Part shown: piece after piece, positions 12,764 to 25,628 of the stretch
How positions within the stretch are numbered: the first letter of the stretch is position 1
Layout of the letters: every line of letters begins with the position of its first letter
From: Heterodontus francisci
Lineage: Eukaryota
DNA: 64,000 nt
Direction of reading: 5' to 3'
Assembly (NCBI RefSeq): GCF_036365525.1
Contig: NC_090374.1
Span: 68,586,903-68,650,902, forward strand
Made by a program: the position numbers and the translations under genes
Notes under the pieces: generated by a model
Databases searched by the model: none
Seen by the model: the letters and a program-made list of their open reading frames with translations, nothing else
What the model was told of the DNA's origin: nothing

Positions 12764-14887
12764 TGTCATGAAAACGTGCTATGCTGAACGATGATTTTAA
12801 TTCATTGGTTGGAAACCTACATTAAACTTTTAAAAAGGAAAGCTGGAATCCTACATTCAACTTTTAAAAACTAGCAGCCAAGATGGCCACCACAATTTGC
12901 ATTAAAATACCTCACCTTCCAAGGCATCAAAAAGCTCCCATCTAGAATAATGGCTTGAACAGTTGAGTGAATGATCTAGTATTGCCCTTGTTAGCAAGAC
13001 ATTCGAAGCCATCTTGGAGCATTCACACTAGTGGAGACGTACCTCAAAGAGATAAACGTTAAAACAATTAGACCCGAGAGAGGCTGGGATTCTTAGACTT
13101 GCATCTCATTAAAGATAAAAAAAATACACTGAGAGAATCATGTGACGGTCACACCAGTCTGTGAAAACTTGGCGTTTCTGTTACACACAGGAGACAAGCT
13201 TTGGGAGCTAATCAGTGCAGAAGCCCAGTGGGGCTGCCTCTTTCTCTCTCGTTACGAGGATTTTTTTTGTATTAAAACTTAGGATTCTGTGTTTTTAAAA
13301 ACTGAAAAAGGATTTCAGTGGACATTGAGACACCTGCAAATAGTTGAACTCTATTGATGTTTTGAAAGGAAGTTGAACTGATAAACAAGGACTGGAATGC
13401 AGGTAATTTCATGGAACCCAGCAGGAGGTTGACCTCAGAGCTACCCTCTGTTATGACAAGAAATAATTTATGACTGGGCATGTGACCTGCTTCAGGAAGG
13501 GTGTTTGGTTTCAGTTTAGAACTTTAAAAAATCAGTGGGTTTGGACAAAAAGCAGGCATTTTGAAATTTGATTTTGACCTGCCTGGAGATCAGAAGAATA
13601 CCCTGAAAAAGTATAACCTCTCAGTAAAGGAATCCTGCATCTCTTGAGAAGAAACCCTCTATTTCAAATGTGGCAGATTCCTATTGCCTCCTGTCTCTGA
13701 AGAATCCATGCATCAAGCTGTAATGTTGCCTCCTGGGTTTAAGAAATCCTGAATATTGGAAGAAACCTTTTACTGCTATCCTGCTGCTGTAAGAACTAAA
13801 AAGATCCTTGTTGCTGCACACCTGATGGAAGACATTATGTGAAGCCTTCTACTGTTGAATTTCTTTGAACGCCTACCCATCACAGACTGCTCATCAACCT
13901 TGCCTGGAAAGACTTTGAGTGGCATCCAACTATTCATCTTTGGGACAACTCGACAAACTGAAGAACATCCTTCCAGATCATGACAGACTAATTTTTTTTA
14001 TTATTCCTTTCATTCCTATGAAACAGCTGTAAACCAAAATCCCTTTTTTCCCAGTTAACCAGTTTTCGGATGTATGTCCATGTGCATGGGAGCTGGGGAA
14101 AATAAGGGGCTTTAATATTGTATGTATTGTATGCAGTTTTGGTCTCTTTATCTGAGGAAGGATGTTCTTGCCATGGAGGGAGAGCAAACAAGATGTACTA
14201 GGCTGGTTCCTGGGATGGTAGGATTGACATATGAGGAGAGATTGGGTCGACTAGGCCTATATTCACTAGAGTTTAGAAGAATGAGAGGGGATCTCATAGA
14301 AACCTATAAAATTCTAACAGGACTAGACAGGCTAGATGCAGGGAGGATGTTCCCGATGGCTGGGGAGTCCAGAACCAGGGGTTACAGTCTCAGGATATGG
14401 GGTATGCCATTTAGAACTGATATGAGGAGAAATTTCTTCACTCAGAGGGTGGTGAACTTGTGGAATTCTCTAGCACAGAAGGCAGTGGAGGCCAAGTCAT
14501 TAAATATATTCAAGAAGAAGATAGATATATTTCTTAATGCCAAAGGGATCAAGGGATATGGGGAGAAAGCGGGAACAGGGTACTTTATCTTTATTGAATG
14601 GCGGAGTAGGCTCGAAGGGCCGAATGGCCTACTCCTGCTCCTATTTTCTATGTTTCTAATATCTCAATTCGCATATAGATTTTCGTCATTATTGGTTAAG
14701 ACTTGGTTTTATAATGAACAGTTAATTTTGTTGTTGATTAAAGAAACCTGGTTGGTGTGCTTTATTCAGGGACAAATAGTGTATCTAATTGGCTGCTTCG
14801 GTAAGTGGAGAAATTTGTTGATATGCTGTGACCTGTGGAGAAGTGGGACTGAATTAACTGTGCACTCACCCCGACTTGGCCATAACA
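12764..14887 (+). mobile_element. Solo LTR-like element containing a CR1 insertion
   Basis: TGTCATG...CATAACA termini; 3' end is the reverse complement of the start of the 44460 LTR. Left boundary approximate. Confidence 0.6.
14120..14657 (+). mobile_element. CR1 3' fragment
   Basis: YC.QFWS, YEERLGRLGLYSLEFRRMRGDLIETYKI and FFTQRVVNLWNSL motifs; TTCTATG-type tail. Confidence 0.88.
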
Positions 14888-14889
14888 CT

Positions 14890-15625
14890 GTACAGGTAAT
14901 ACTACAAGTTACATACTCTGTCTGCATCTGTGGAACATCCAAGTCTATCATTGCTGCATGCAGAGACCCCAGGGAGAAAGTCACCTACAGCATTGTCTCC
15001 AAGCAAACCCTGAACCAAGGGGGCCACTTTACCAGCCAGGAACTTCAGGATCATGATTTTAGCTGGTAGACAACTGAATTACCAGACCCCACAGATTGTA
15101 TATTATTTTTTATTTGTTCTGGACTCTAATCCAACCAAACTCATGTTCATCACTCTGTAATCTATTTGTGCGTGAACACAAGAACACTAGAAATAGGAGC
15201 AGAAGTAGACCATATGGTCCATTGAGCCTGCTCTGCCATTCAATACGATCACAGCTATTCTTGGGCTTCAATTCCACTTTCCTGCCCGCTCCCATATCCC
15301 TTGATTCCCTGCAAGACCAAAAATCTATCTATCCCAGTGCGTGATTTGTGTGTGTGTGTGTGTATGCGCATGTGAAAAAATTGGAGCATAGTTTATTAAT
15401 TTTTAGATTGGGTTTTGATTTTAAGTACTGTAAACAAACCTCTTTCTTGTTTAAACTAAAGAAACCAGCCCGATTGATTCTTTTATGATCATAGCACAGA
15501 AAGGGTTAAACACTCACTGAATTGGTAACCACATCCACAGTTTAAAGAGGAATAAACCCTGTTGCAGTCAAACAAGGAGAAGAACAAGAGGGGAGCCTTT
15601 TGACCCCTCCACACCTGACTCTGCT
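14890..15625 (+). mobile_element. Partial LTR with a small antisense CR1 3' fragment (15175-15335)
   Basis: 3' end GACCCCTCC.CACCTGA is the reverse complement of the 9591/22679 LTR terminus. Confidence 0.5.
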
Positions 15626-15639
15626 ATTTCCAATTGACT

Positions 15640-15757
15640 GGTCATTGGTCTGAAACATTAAGTCTGTTTCTCTCTCCATAGATATTGCCAGACTTGCTGT
15701 TTCTAACATTTTCAGGTTTTATTTCAGATTTCCAGCATCCAGTATTTTGCTTCTGTA
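15640..15757 (+). mobile_element. Degenerate Penelope terminal repeat
   Basis: Reverse complement of the 42590-42700 repeat (GAAACATTAA.TCTGTTTCTCTC..TTTCAGATTTCCAGCATC..AGTATTTTGCTT). Confidence 0.7.
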
Positions 15758-16429
15758 TGCTATTTCCATAATGTCTCGAAAACCCAGCTGCACCCCACAG
15801 TTTTATTTCTTGTTAATGCTTCCTGCATCGTTGCTTGCATTATTTAAGTGGAAGACTGAGTTCGCTTAAAAACACTGTGTTATTTAATCAAAGTAGCTTT
15901 TGCCACATTGCCTTGTACGTGGCTCGACCAGATGTGGTGCATGCGTATTCCTAGGCTGAGCAGTTCCGGTAACTGATGAGTCTGCGTGTAGCGAGCACAT
16001 GTGAATGTGTCAGTGAAAAAATGCCTGTAAGATAACTCTTTTAAACAGAAACACATATCGGCGGCAGGAGCAGCGCAGTGCCACCGTTGTGGTGCTCGTT
16101 CAATTCTAGGTATTAACTCCTGTGTGTAGGAGCAATTAGCCAACAGGTTCTGAAATCTTCTTCATTTGAGGATTGTTGAATATATAAAGCGGGTTGACCA
16201 GAGTGTGCTTAGAACTTAACATATTTATATGAAGCAGCAAATTGCACTTCTGATTGAGGTGTGGCCACTGTAGTGCTTCAAAGCCCGCAGTATTACTGTG
16301 AGTGGCACCTAATCTGCTGCAAGCAGTGTCCCTTGAGATTGAGAGAAACCGGTTCAGTTTGTTACTGTGCACCTTTCTGTTCTGTTAATTATTTTACACA
16401 GTTGGTTTTGTGCAGGGTTTTCATTCGTG

Positions 16430-16546
16430 ATGTCTGGAGGACGCGGCCGAGGCAGAGGACAATTCACTTTTAACATCGAAGCTATCGGCTTTTCCCGAGG
16501 CGAGGCTTTACCTGACACTGGCTGCCAACCGCTCCCTTTATTTCCG
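16430..16546 (+). CDS. POLR3G: RNA polymerase III subunit RPC7 (RPC32), first coding exon
   Basis: ATG at 16430 encodes MSGGRGRGRGQFTFNIEAIGFSRGEALPDTGCQPLPLFP, matching the RPC7 N-terminus (GRGR..TFNIEA.GFS.GE.LPD..P.PLFP). It is 117 nt, ends at a GTAAGT donor (16547), and has acceptors upstream (AG ending 16401 or 16415). The paralog call (G vs GL) is not certain. Confidence 0.9.
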
Positions 16547-17814
16547 GTAAGTGTTAGCAGGGTTTTAATTTAAAGGGGTAATGTCGCTACAAGTAACGTG
16601 TTCTGCAAATCATCCAGTGCAGTGATATAATCAGCAGTCAGTCGGACACTTATGAACATCTCCTCTGACTGTAACACCATTTCAGGGAAAACATGTGCGT
16701 GACCTTTATATTTAAGATCAACTTTTTATACTTCATAAAACTTCTTAGGAGTAAGAAAATAGATGTTCATGATCACCGCACCCTATATTCGAACCCAAAA
16801 CATGAGAACAGCCCATCTAATTGTATTAGAACAGCAAAACAAATCACTTAAACGACCGTTTTAAACTTTTGAGCCATGTGATGGAGTTATTGGGGGTAAA
16901 ATTCAATGGACAGGAAAATCGAGCGACCGATCTTCTATCCCCCGTTTCGCGCTCCCGTGGTTGTTGCATTTTATTCCCGCTGTCCTTTTAACTAAATGTG
17001 TTAACTGGAAAGTATCTTTTAAGACGTTTTAACATTTTTGGTATAGAAAGGTGACATGATTTAACTGATGGCCTGATGTCGTTTCGTTTATTACAGTGAT
17101 TATGTAATAAGGACGAGTTAAAATGTAAAAACCATGTTGTAAAAGTCACACTGCAGCAGAGAAATTGGATGTGGTGCATTTTTTCTTTGGCCAATGGGTG
17201 GTACTGCAGTTTGAGTTTTCAGAGCATGCTCAAAACACTCCTGTAAAGCTATCCTTATGTTTAGAATTTGCAATGTGACTGTTTTATAGAAGTGACCACA
17301 CACTAATTACAAGAATTTGTTATTTCAAAAATTGAGTGGCGAATGAACCTTGATGAATTCACCGGTTCATGTCTGATGTTATTGGCAACTGCTTCATTAT
17401 GAAAAAACTAGATTGCCTATGTAATAGTTTCATCTTCATTCTCTTCAGAATCATCCTCCATGTGTAACACAATAAAATCTATCAGCACTGAGAAAGTGGA
17501 TTTGTAAGGCTTAACGCTACACTAGGCCATCAGGGAGGGATGGTAACCCTTTTATGCATTTTTGATATTCTTGATTTGTGCTTTTGCTTGTGATCTTCTT
17601 GTGCCATTTAAAGTGCATGTCCCAACAGTGATTTTTTTCTCCAAGTAAAAAGCTAAGAACATGCAAATGAATAGAAAATAAAAAGAAACAAAAGGGTAGC
17701 CATAGATATCTAACTGTGAATAAATCTGCATGAACCAAACACATGATACTTGTGGCTGTTTCTTACCTTCCTGTATGCATTTCATTGAAATAATGCAAAC
17801 ATGTGGAATTAGGT

Positions 17815-18602
17815 ATTGCATTTGGGGAGGGCAAACAAAGCAAGGAAATACACAATAAATGGGAGGATATTGAGAGGGGTAGAGGAAGTGAGAGACCTTG
17901 GAGTGCATGTCCACAGGTCCCTGAAGGTGGCAGGACAGATAGATAGAGTGGTGAAGAAGGCATATGGAATACTTTCCCTTATTGGTCGAGGTATAGATTA
18001 CAAAAGTAGGGATGTAATGCTGGAACTGTATAAAAAGCTAGTTAGGCCACAGCTGGAGTATTACGTACAGTGTCACCACATTACAGGAAGGACATAATTG
18101 CTCTGGAGAGAGTACAGAGGAGATTTACAAGAATCTTGCCAGGGCTTGAAAATTGCACCTAATGAGGAAAGATTGAATAGGCTAAAGTTGTTTTCCTTAG
18201 AACAGAGGAGGCTGAGGGGTAACAATTGAGGTGTACAAAATTATGAGGGGCCTAGACAGGAATAGACGGGAAGGACCTGTTTCCCCTAGCGGAGAGGTCA
18301 ATTACCAAGGGGCACAGATTTAAGGTGATCGGTAGAAGGATTAGAGGGGACATGAGGAAAAACTTTTTCACCCAGAGGGTGGTGGGTGTCTGGAAATCAC
18401 TGCCCAGATTGGTGGTGGAGTCAGAAACCCTCAACTCATTTAAAAGGTACCTGGACATGCACCTGAAGTGCTGGAACCTGCAAGGCTACGGACCAGGTGC
18501 TGGAAGGTGGGGTTGGAATGGGCGGCCAATTTTTTCAGCTGGTGCAGACACAATGGGCTGAATGGCCTCTTTCTGTGCCATAACATTTCTATGGGTTCTA
18601 TG
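17815..18602 (+). mobile_element. CR1 3' fragment
   Basis: HLGRANK, RDLGVHVHRSLKV and NFFTQRVV motifs; TTCTATG tail. Confidence 0.88.
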
Positions 18603-18779
18603 GTAACTATATACATAAAGGGAAAGCAACAGGACAGACCAGTTGTGTATGAAAGATGTTTCTGTTGGGAAAACAATTTCACTATAAGGTATGCATTCTA
18701 ATTTTCTTATTTACAGACATCCTCTGTATCAAGTGAAACTGGTCCCTCAAATGTACTATTAATAAAATCCGGCCCATGG

Positions 18780-19006
18780 ATTATCCTCTGGTGTTTTGTG
18801 GGGTGGGGTGGGGGGGGGGCCGGGTCCCGGCAGCGGGCCGGAAGGCGGAGGTGACCTCTGTAGCTATTTCGCAGCAGGCAGGCAATTAACTGCCTGCTGT
18901 CAGGGACATTGTCCTTTTTAAGAGACGAGCTCCTGCCTTCAGAGCTGCCGGCCAATCAGAAGGTTGGCAGTTCTGCAGTACCGGCAGCGCCACTGGGAGC
19001 AGTGGC
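18780..19006. mobile_element. Harbinger-like MITE fragment, cut by the Gypsy LTR
   Basis: Shares the family core (GAGCTGCCGGCCAATCAGA..GCAGTACCGGCAG.GCCACTGGGAGCAGTGGC). Confidence 0.55.
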
Positions 19007-22000
19007 TGTAGTATAAGGATGTAAAGGGTTAATGCTGAAGACAGTGAGTGCAACCCCACCCACTGTAAGTGATTATGTCATAATCACATGAGGTTAGGCT
19101 GGAGAGAAGACAGAGCAGCACGAAGGATACTACCTTAGGAGACTTGATGAGAGTGTATATAATATTTATGTAAATAATCAAATCTGAGTTGACCTTATCC
19201 TGAGTCTAAGACTTTCTCCAGAATGTCCCTGTTATGCTACTAAATACAACAACAACACAATATGGTGGCACCAGTTAAAATGACCAAGAAAATTTGAAGA
19301 CCTCCCTACCTCTTGGAGAAGTGCCAGAAGAACAGCAGATCTAGTCGAAAGACTGCAAGGAACTGAAGAGCTGCTCCATTCCCACAGACAGTCAGTGAAA
19401 AAGCTCAGAGCGCACCACAGAAGCATGGGGGTCTGCATCGGTACATCCATGTCCAGCGATTGGGTCCAAGTTTCAGTGCCAGGCGTCTGTCCAGGATCGG
19501 GTGAGAGATTTGTACAGGGCCAGTAATGGTTAATGGCGCACTGGGTCAAAACCACAAGTAGAGAAGTTAATCTTGGACGAAGAGATGTCTCAGGAGTCAG
19601 GTGGAATCGGCAGCCATTGCTCAGCCAGACCGCAGAGAGAAAGCAGTGGAAAGGTTGGAAAGCGTGGGAAATCCCCAAAAGGCCACGAAAACCTCCATTC
19701 ATTCCTGCAAGATTTTAAAACCAAGGGGAACATCTTAGAAAGACTTACTAAAGCAAAAATTGGTCTGTTTGGAGGAAAAGGTTCTTAAGGTTTAGGTTTG
19801 CTTCCCAACTCCATACAAAGTCAGGAGTTGAACAAGTCAACACCCTTTTATATTCAGAAGGTGCAGTAGGGGATGACATAATTGTGAAGCAAGGGGTAAA
19901 TGAGGCTTCTCATTAATTTTGAAGTGCTACAAGCTTGAGATAAATATTTAAATCTTCGCAGCAATAGAATCCTGGAAAGGGCCAAATTTAATAAAGGGGC
20001 GTAGGAGATAGGCAAATCTGTAGATTCTTAGATTACTGATCTACACCATTTGGCAGAGGAATGTGAATACTGTAAGATCTGGTGTTTGCTTTCATTTAAT
20101 AGTAAGACTTGGGTCAATTACAATTAAAGGCTAAGTTGGGAGAGCAGATCTTAAAGGGACTTCCAGCTCAAACTAGCTACAAAATCACACAGATACGAGG
20201 GTACTTTCACAAGCTTCACAGACTAAGTTTTCCACAATAAGCACGGAATTGTAATACTTAGAAAAGGGCAGTGGTCAGCAGTTGCATTCACGATAGAACG
20301 CCGGTCCTCAACCTCCGGTTAACTGCGGTACCAGATTTCCTAGGAGAAATTAATGACCCAAATCAAGGATTCTGAATGGCAGACATCTACATAAATGGAC
20401 ACCTCATGGATTTTAAACTGGACACAGGTGCTAATGTCACAGTTCTGTCAGACCAAGAGCCCTGGTTGATGAGACATTGCTTACAGCTAGCCAATACACA
20501 TTTGCATGGTCCAGGCAGGACACAACTGAGAGTAAACGGCAAAGTGCAAGCAATTCTCCAACACAAACCATGAAGTCTTGCATAATCAAGAATTTTCCTT
20601 ATTGTATAGAAAAGCATGCTTAGACCTGCATTTGATCAAGAAGATAGATGAAGTCAAGCAAACAGGGATAAAGAATCACTTCCAAGCAGAATACCTGAAG
20701 CTGTTCACAGGACTGTGAAGACTTGAGCGTGATTGCTGTACTCCATCTTAAGGAAGGGGCCAGGCTAGCGTGTATCTTTACACCCAGAAAGATATCTCAT
20801 CCATTATTAAGCTAAGTTCAAGACCAATTGGAAGAGATGACAAGAATGAGGGTTATCTCTCCTGTAACAGAACCAACAGAGTGGTGTTCGGCCTGGTTCC
20901 TGTCCCAAAACAAAATGGAACTCTGTGCGTATTTGTGTGGATTTATCACAGCTCAACAAATCAGTAGCGTGTGAAATTTACCCAATGTCCACAATTGATA
21001 GCTTAGCGAAACGCTCTCGGAGCACCATGTTTACAAAACTCTGTACCAATAGTGGGTTTTGGCAGGTACCCCTCGATGAGACCTCAAGATTACTGACTAC
21101 ATTTATAATGCCTTTCGAGAGATTTTGTTTTAATAGGTTGCCGCTTGGAATAACTTCCACACCAGAGATCTTCCAAAGGTCTATGTCTAACATCTTAGGG
21201 CTCAAAGGAGTTATTTGTCACATGGATGACATCCTGATACATGGGCAGTCAGTAGAGGAACACAACCAAAGAGTTCGAACGGTTCTACAGAAACTTCAAG
21301 ATGCTGGATTTACTCCGAACGAGAAGTGCAAATTTTCCAAGACCTCAATTCGTTTCTCGGGACACATAATGAGCAGAGAAGGCATAATGGCAGATCCACA
21401 GATGACCAGGGCTGTTGCAGAATCTCCTCCTCCTATTGCCGTACAGCAGCTCCAGAGATTCCTGGGATTGGTACACCAACTAACCAAGTTTTCTACCTCA
21501 CAGATAACTGATCTGCTGAGACAACTCCTCCGAAAACAGCAAGCGTGATTTTGGAACTACCACCAGGAGCAAGCTTTCAAGAGAACAAAAGAGGTGCTTC
21601 TATCACCAGACATCTTGGCACACTACAATGCTATGTTACCAATGACAATAGCAGTAAATGCCTCCTCAACTGGTTTAGGCTTCTTGTCAGACATGCACAG
21701 TACAGAGACCAGACCAAAGTGAACCTCTGTTAACCACACAGTTTCCAACCAGACCACGGCAAAGGCTGAGTATGGATTTATTTATGTTCAGCAGAAAGTC
21801 ATCCATGATCATCATCGACTATTTCTCAAGGTGGATAGAAGTCAGAAGATTCAATTCTACGATGACAAAATTCTTCAAGACATCTTTGTGATGCATGGTA
21901 TCCCTGACGAAATATTGGCAGACCACAATTCGCGTATGAATATTTTTCTCACTTTGTGACGAAGATAGGATTTTGACATCTCACGAGTTCACCAAGGTAC

Positions 22001-22678
22001 CCACAGTCAAACGGCGAGGTGGAAAAAGGTGTAAGGATCGTTAAGTTATTGTTAAAGAATGAAAATCTTACAATCTCATTTTTAATTTAGATCTGTGCTG
22101 CTGATGTGTGGATTATCACCAGCAGAACTATTGATGAGCAGGAAGATAAGAACACAGTTTCCTATTTTGATGAAATACTTGCTTCCTGGATTGAATGTCC
22201 AGGACTATGAAAAAGTAAGAGACAGGGAGAACTCTTACAGTAGGCAACAAACCTCGAATTATCATAGATTTCGAGCAAGAAACTTAACTAAACTAAAAAA
22301 CTGTCGAAGAGAATGGATACGTGACCTGAAAGCACAAGGTACAGTAATCCATAGACACGAGAACTACCAGCAATTGTCTTGTACAGATGGCTGAAGGAAA
22401 CATAAGAAGAAATAGAACTATCATCCCTATTCCTTTAAAAGCAACAGACAGTTATTCATTTGGAAAATCCAGATGAAGAGGAACAAACCCAATCCAAACA
22501 GAAGGCCACAATCTGTAGTAAAGAGCAACCAAGTCAGCGATCCAGACGTACAAGGAAGACTAATGATTGTCCCAATCAGAGTACAACCAGATTTGGGAGA
22601 GTTGTCAAGCCTCCTAACCAACTAAATCTGAAGTCAGAGACTTGAGGGGAAAAAGGGTAGTAGATAAGTCAAGTATAT
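19007..22678 (+). mobile_element. Degraded Ty3/Gypsy LTR retrotransposon
   Basis: 5' LTR about 19007-19259; TGGTGGCA PBS-like at 19263; protease FKLDTGANV; RT RICVDL..LNK, SGFWQVPL, HMDD; RNase H and integrase remnants (SSPRYPQSNGE); purine tract about 22644-22660. Confidence 0.85.
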
Positions 22679-23476
22679 TGTTACGACCAGGTGAGGAAGG
22701 GGTCTTGGGCCCCCCTCTTGCCACTTTCCTGGTTTGGCCGCGACAGGTTTATCTTTTAAAACACTGATTTTAGCTTACCCCTCAGTGAGTCTTTAGCTCA
22801 GTGTTCTGGTTCATTTGCAATTACAATTAATGAGACAGGTTTTCTTAGGTTTAAACAAGAAAGGTGTACGTTTATTGGCATTATCACTCTAACTCGGTTA
22901 AAATTACGAAAATATGCGACGTGACCACGCTAACATGCATATGAGAGAAACACACACATTAAATAGATACAGAGGGGAGGAAAGAATTGCAGCAGGGGGG
23001 AGAGGTTGAAGTAGAATTCGTAATAAAGGGAATTCAGTTACTGGGTGGAAATGTCCTTGATAAAAGTTGAAGTCTTGGAGTTCTAGCTGGGACCCAGTGC
23101 ACAATTTACAACTTGCATCTCTGGCAGTAGAAGGCTGAAGTGCTCTGTGATTTGAGCCTGAAGCTGCTACCTTGAGTCCCTGGGACTTTGCTGGAGAGAG
23201 AGAGACAGGGAGAGAGAGCTTCCTTCTCTTTGGTTTTCAAATTACAATCTGTTACCTTTCTGTGAGACACAACTCAGACAGTCTCCAGTTTGACCAGCAG
23301 GTTCTTTGGTGGGGGGGGTGGGGTGGCGGTGGTGGTTGCTGGACTTCAAAGCTTACTAGACACATTCAGTGGGGGTGCGGGGGAGAGCTGGAGTGCTGGC
23401 TCTTACACAGAAAAGATGCAGATCATCACTATTGCCCAGACCAATCTTGTTAATTGAATCAGTGAGCACTTCCATT

Positions 23477-23787
23477 TAAAGGCCAGTTACTTGACCCGAA
23501 CCCGACGGGACCCGAAGTGTGTCGGCTTTGGGTCGGGTCGAATTTCACTTCCGGGTCGGACACGCTCTATAACCAGTAAGTGGCTCCAATGTTAATTTAA
23601 TTTTTGGACTAGAAAGGTGGTTTTGTTAGTTATTTAAGCTTTGCAGATCAGCAACAAAGTGAAAAATGGAAGGCAATGGTCGGGCGCAGGAAAAAATGGA
23701 AGGATTCAGGCTGGGTCGGGCTCGGGTCAGATGTGGTTCTGTTTGGCTCGGGTTGGTTTTTTTTTTGCAGACCCGAGCAGGCCTTTA
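23477..23787. mobile_element. hAT-type MITE
   Basis: TIR TAAAGGCC/GGCCTTTA; 8-bp TSD CTTCCATT/CTTGCATT (7/8 match); subterminal ACCCG/CGGGT repeats. Confidence 0.75.
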
Positions 23788-24285
23788 CTTGCATTGTCTC
23801 TCTATTCAACTGTCTCTCTCTCTCTCAATGCAAATGTGCAACGATGTTTTCAGCTGCTCAGTTCTGTTTCTTTTAATCAAGTTCTGTGCAATGTCCAGTT
23901 TAAAAAAAAATTTCAAATAGTGTTCCATATGACTAAATTAATGTGTTTCCATTTGGCAGGTGTGATTTCCATCACATCTCCACCTTTGCCAAATGAAATG
24001 CGACATTAAGAGAGCATTTCATTATAAATTAGAAAGGAGAGAAAGTACAGGAAAGCACACACATTTCTCTCATTCAGTCTCATTCATTCAGAAAACTTAA
24101 AATTGCTACAGCCTGTCTTTCCTTTGTAGCAGTGCTGCTTTAAGCTGCCCTTTTCCCTTGGTGGGTCTGAGATAGTTATGTGTTGCCCAAGGGGTTTAAA
24201 GTTTCTTTACTATCAACCTGTAATATGTTGGGAATGGGCATCCCAATAAACATTTGGTTTTTGGGGAGGTTTGAGGTTTGCACAT

Positions 24286-24638
24286 TTTAGTTTAGTTTAG
24301 AGATACAGCACTGAAACAGGCCCTTTGGCCCACCGAGTCTGTGCCGACCATCAACCACCCATTTATACTAATCCTACACTAATCCCATATTCCTGCCACA
24401 TCCCCACCCGTCCCCACATTTCCCTACCACCTACCCATACTAGGGGCAATTTACAATGGCCAATTTTCCTATCAACCTGCAAGTCTTTTGGCATGTGGGA
24501 GGAAACCGGAGCACCCGGAGGAAACACACGCAGACACAGGGAGAACTTGCAAACTCCACACAGGCAGTACCCAGAATTGAACCAAGGTCGCTGGAGCTGT
24601 GAGGCTGCGGTGCTAACCACTGCGCCACTGTGCCGCCC
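24286..24638 (-). mobile_element. HE1-like V-SINE
   Basis: Full-length reverse-complement copy of the 11050 SINE with a (CTAAA)n tail. Confidence 0.88.
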
Positions 24639-25628
24639 ATTTCTGTCATTGTCTGGGGTGCCTTTGTTCCTGTTGTGGTCTGCAGGGGTATGGTTAGATT
24701 TAATTAGCCCTGGTTTGGAGCTCGGATCATGGGAGTTGGCAATGAGTGGATCCACCCTGACCTCACTTTCAGTGCTCTGGTGAGTTATCCAAGTGCCATT
24801 CATTTCAGGGTATTGTTGGTTCCCTTTTCACCTAACTGTGGGGGAGAATTCTTTGCCAATCTTCCCTTTGCCTTCTGGGACATTCCTGCTTGCAGGTATT
24901 TGTCCAGATTCTACTGTGTCACTTTGATTTGGTGAGGCATCACCCTTACGGTTTCTCTGCCTTCTTGAGGACTTTCTTTGTCCCTGCAGGTTTCTGTAAA
25001 TGCTGTTAGCAACCCTGGTGGGGTGCTTCAGGTGTCTGCATTTACATAGAAGGATGTGGGGTCTAATTTTTCCAAGATTTCAGGGATGGCTGACCGGACA
25101 GTAGGGGGTTTTCATTTGGGAATCCTCTCCTTTAACCTGTCCTTTTTGTCCCCTTCCTCTCTAACTCTCTGCCAGATCTGTGCCTGTCTGTCCCTTTTTG
25201 TTCTTGGCAGGGGTCCCTTACAATTCACCAACCCTCTGCTGGAGGATTTCTCAAAAACCGATACAGGAATTAAGGGTTCAGATTTCACTGCAGATTGGGG
25301 TTTCCCCTCAACCTGGCACATGTGGCAACTTGTACAGTACTCCACCACATCTTTGTGGGGTTTTGGCTAGTCAAACTGCTGTCTTATGCGGGCTTTAGTT
25401 TTTCATATACCGACATGTACAGCCTTTGTAATCTCATGGGCCATTATTAATTTTTCCCTCTGGTACCTCTGCGGCACCCCTAACTGGTGAACCACTGTCC
25501 ACTCCTTGCCATGTGGTCTTTTGAGAGCTCCACTTCCTCATCAGTACCTCATTCTTTAAATAGTATCAATCAGGGATTCCCTCTGCTTCAATTTCAGTCT
25601 GGGCAGCCTGTGCTAACTGTCTCAATAC

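Noticed and set aside
14122-15069. 315-aa ORF as a novel gene
   Set aside because: CR1 C-terminus reading through into LTR sequence; chimeric by chance.
2900-16400. MBLAC2 coding exon expected head-to-head with POLR3G
   Set aside because: No metallo-beta-lactamase (THxHxDH) sequence was recognised in the ORF track or in the minus-strand segments I read.
23490-23780. CRISPR-like or satellite array of ACCCG/CGGGT repeats
   Set aside because: Irregular subterminal repeats of a hAT MITE in eukaryotic DNA; no repeat-spacer periodicity.
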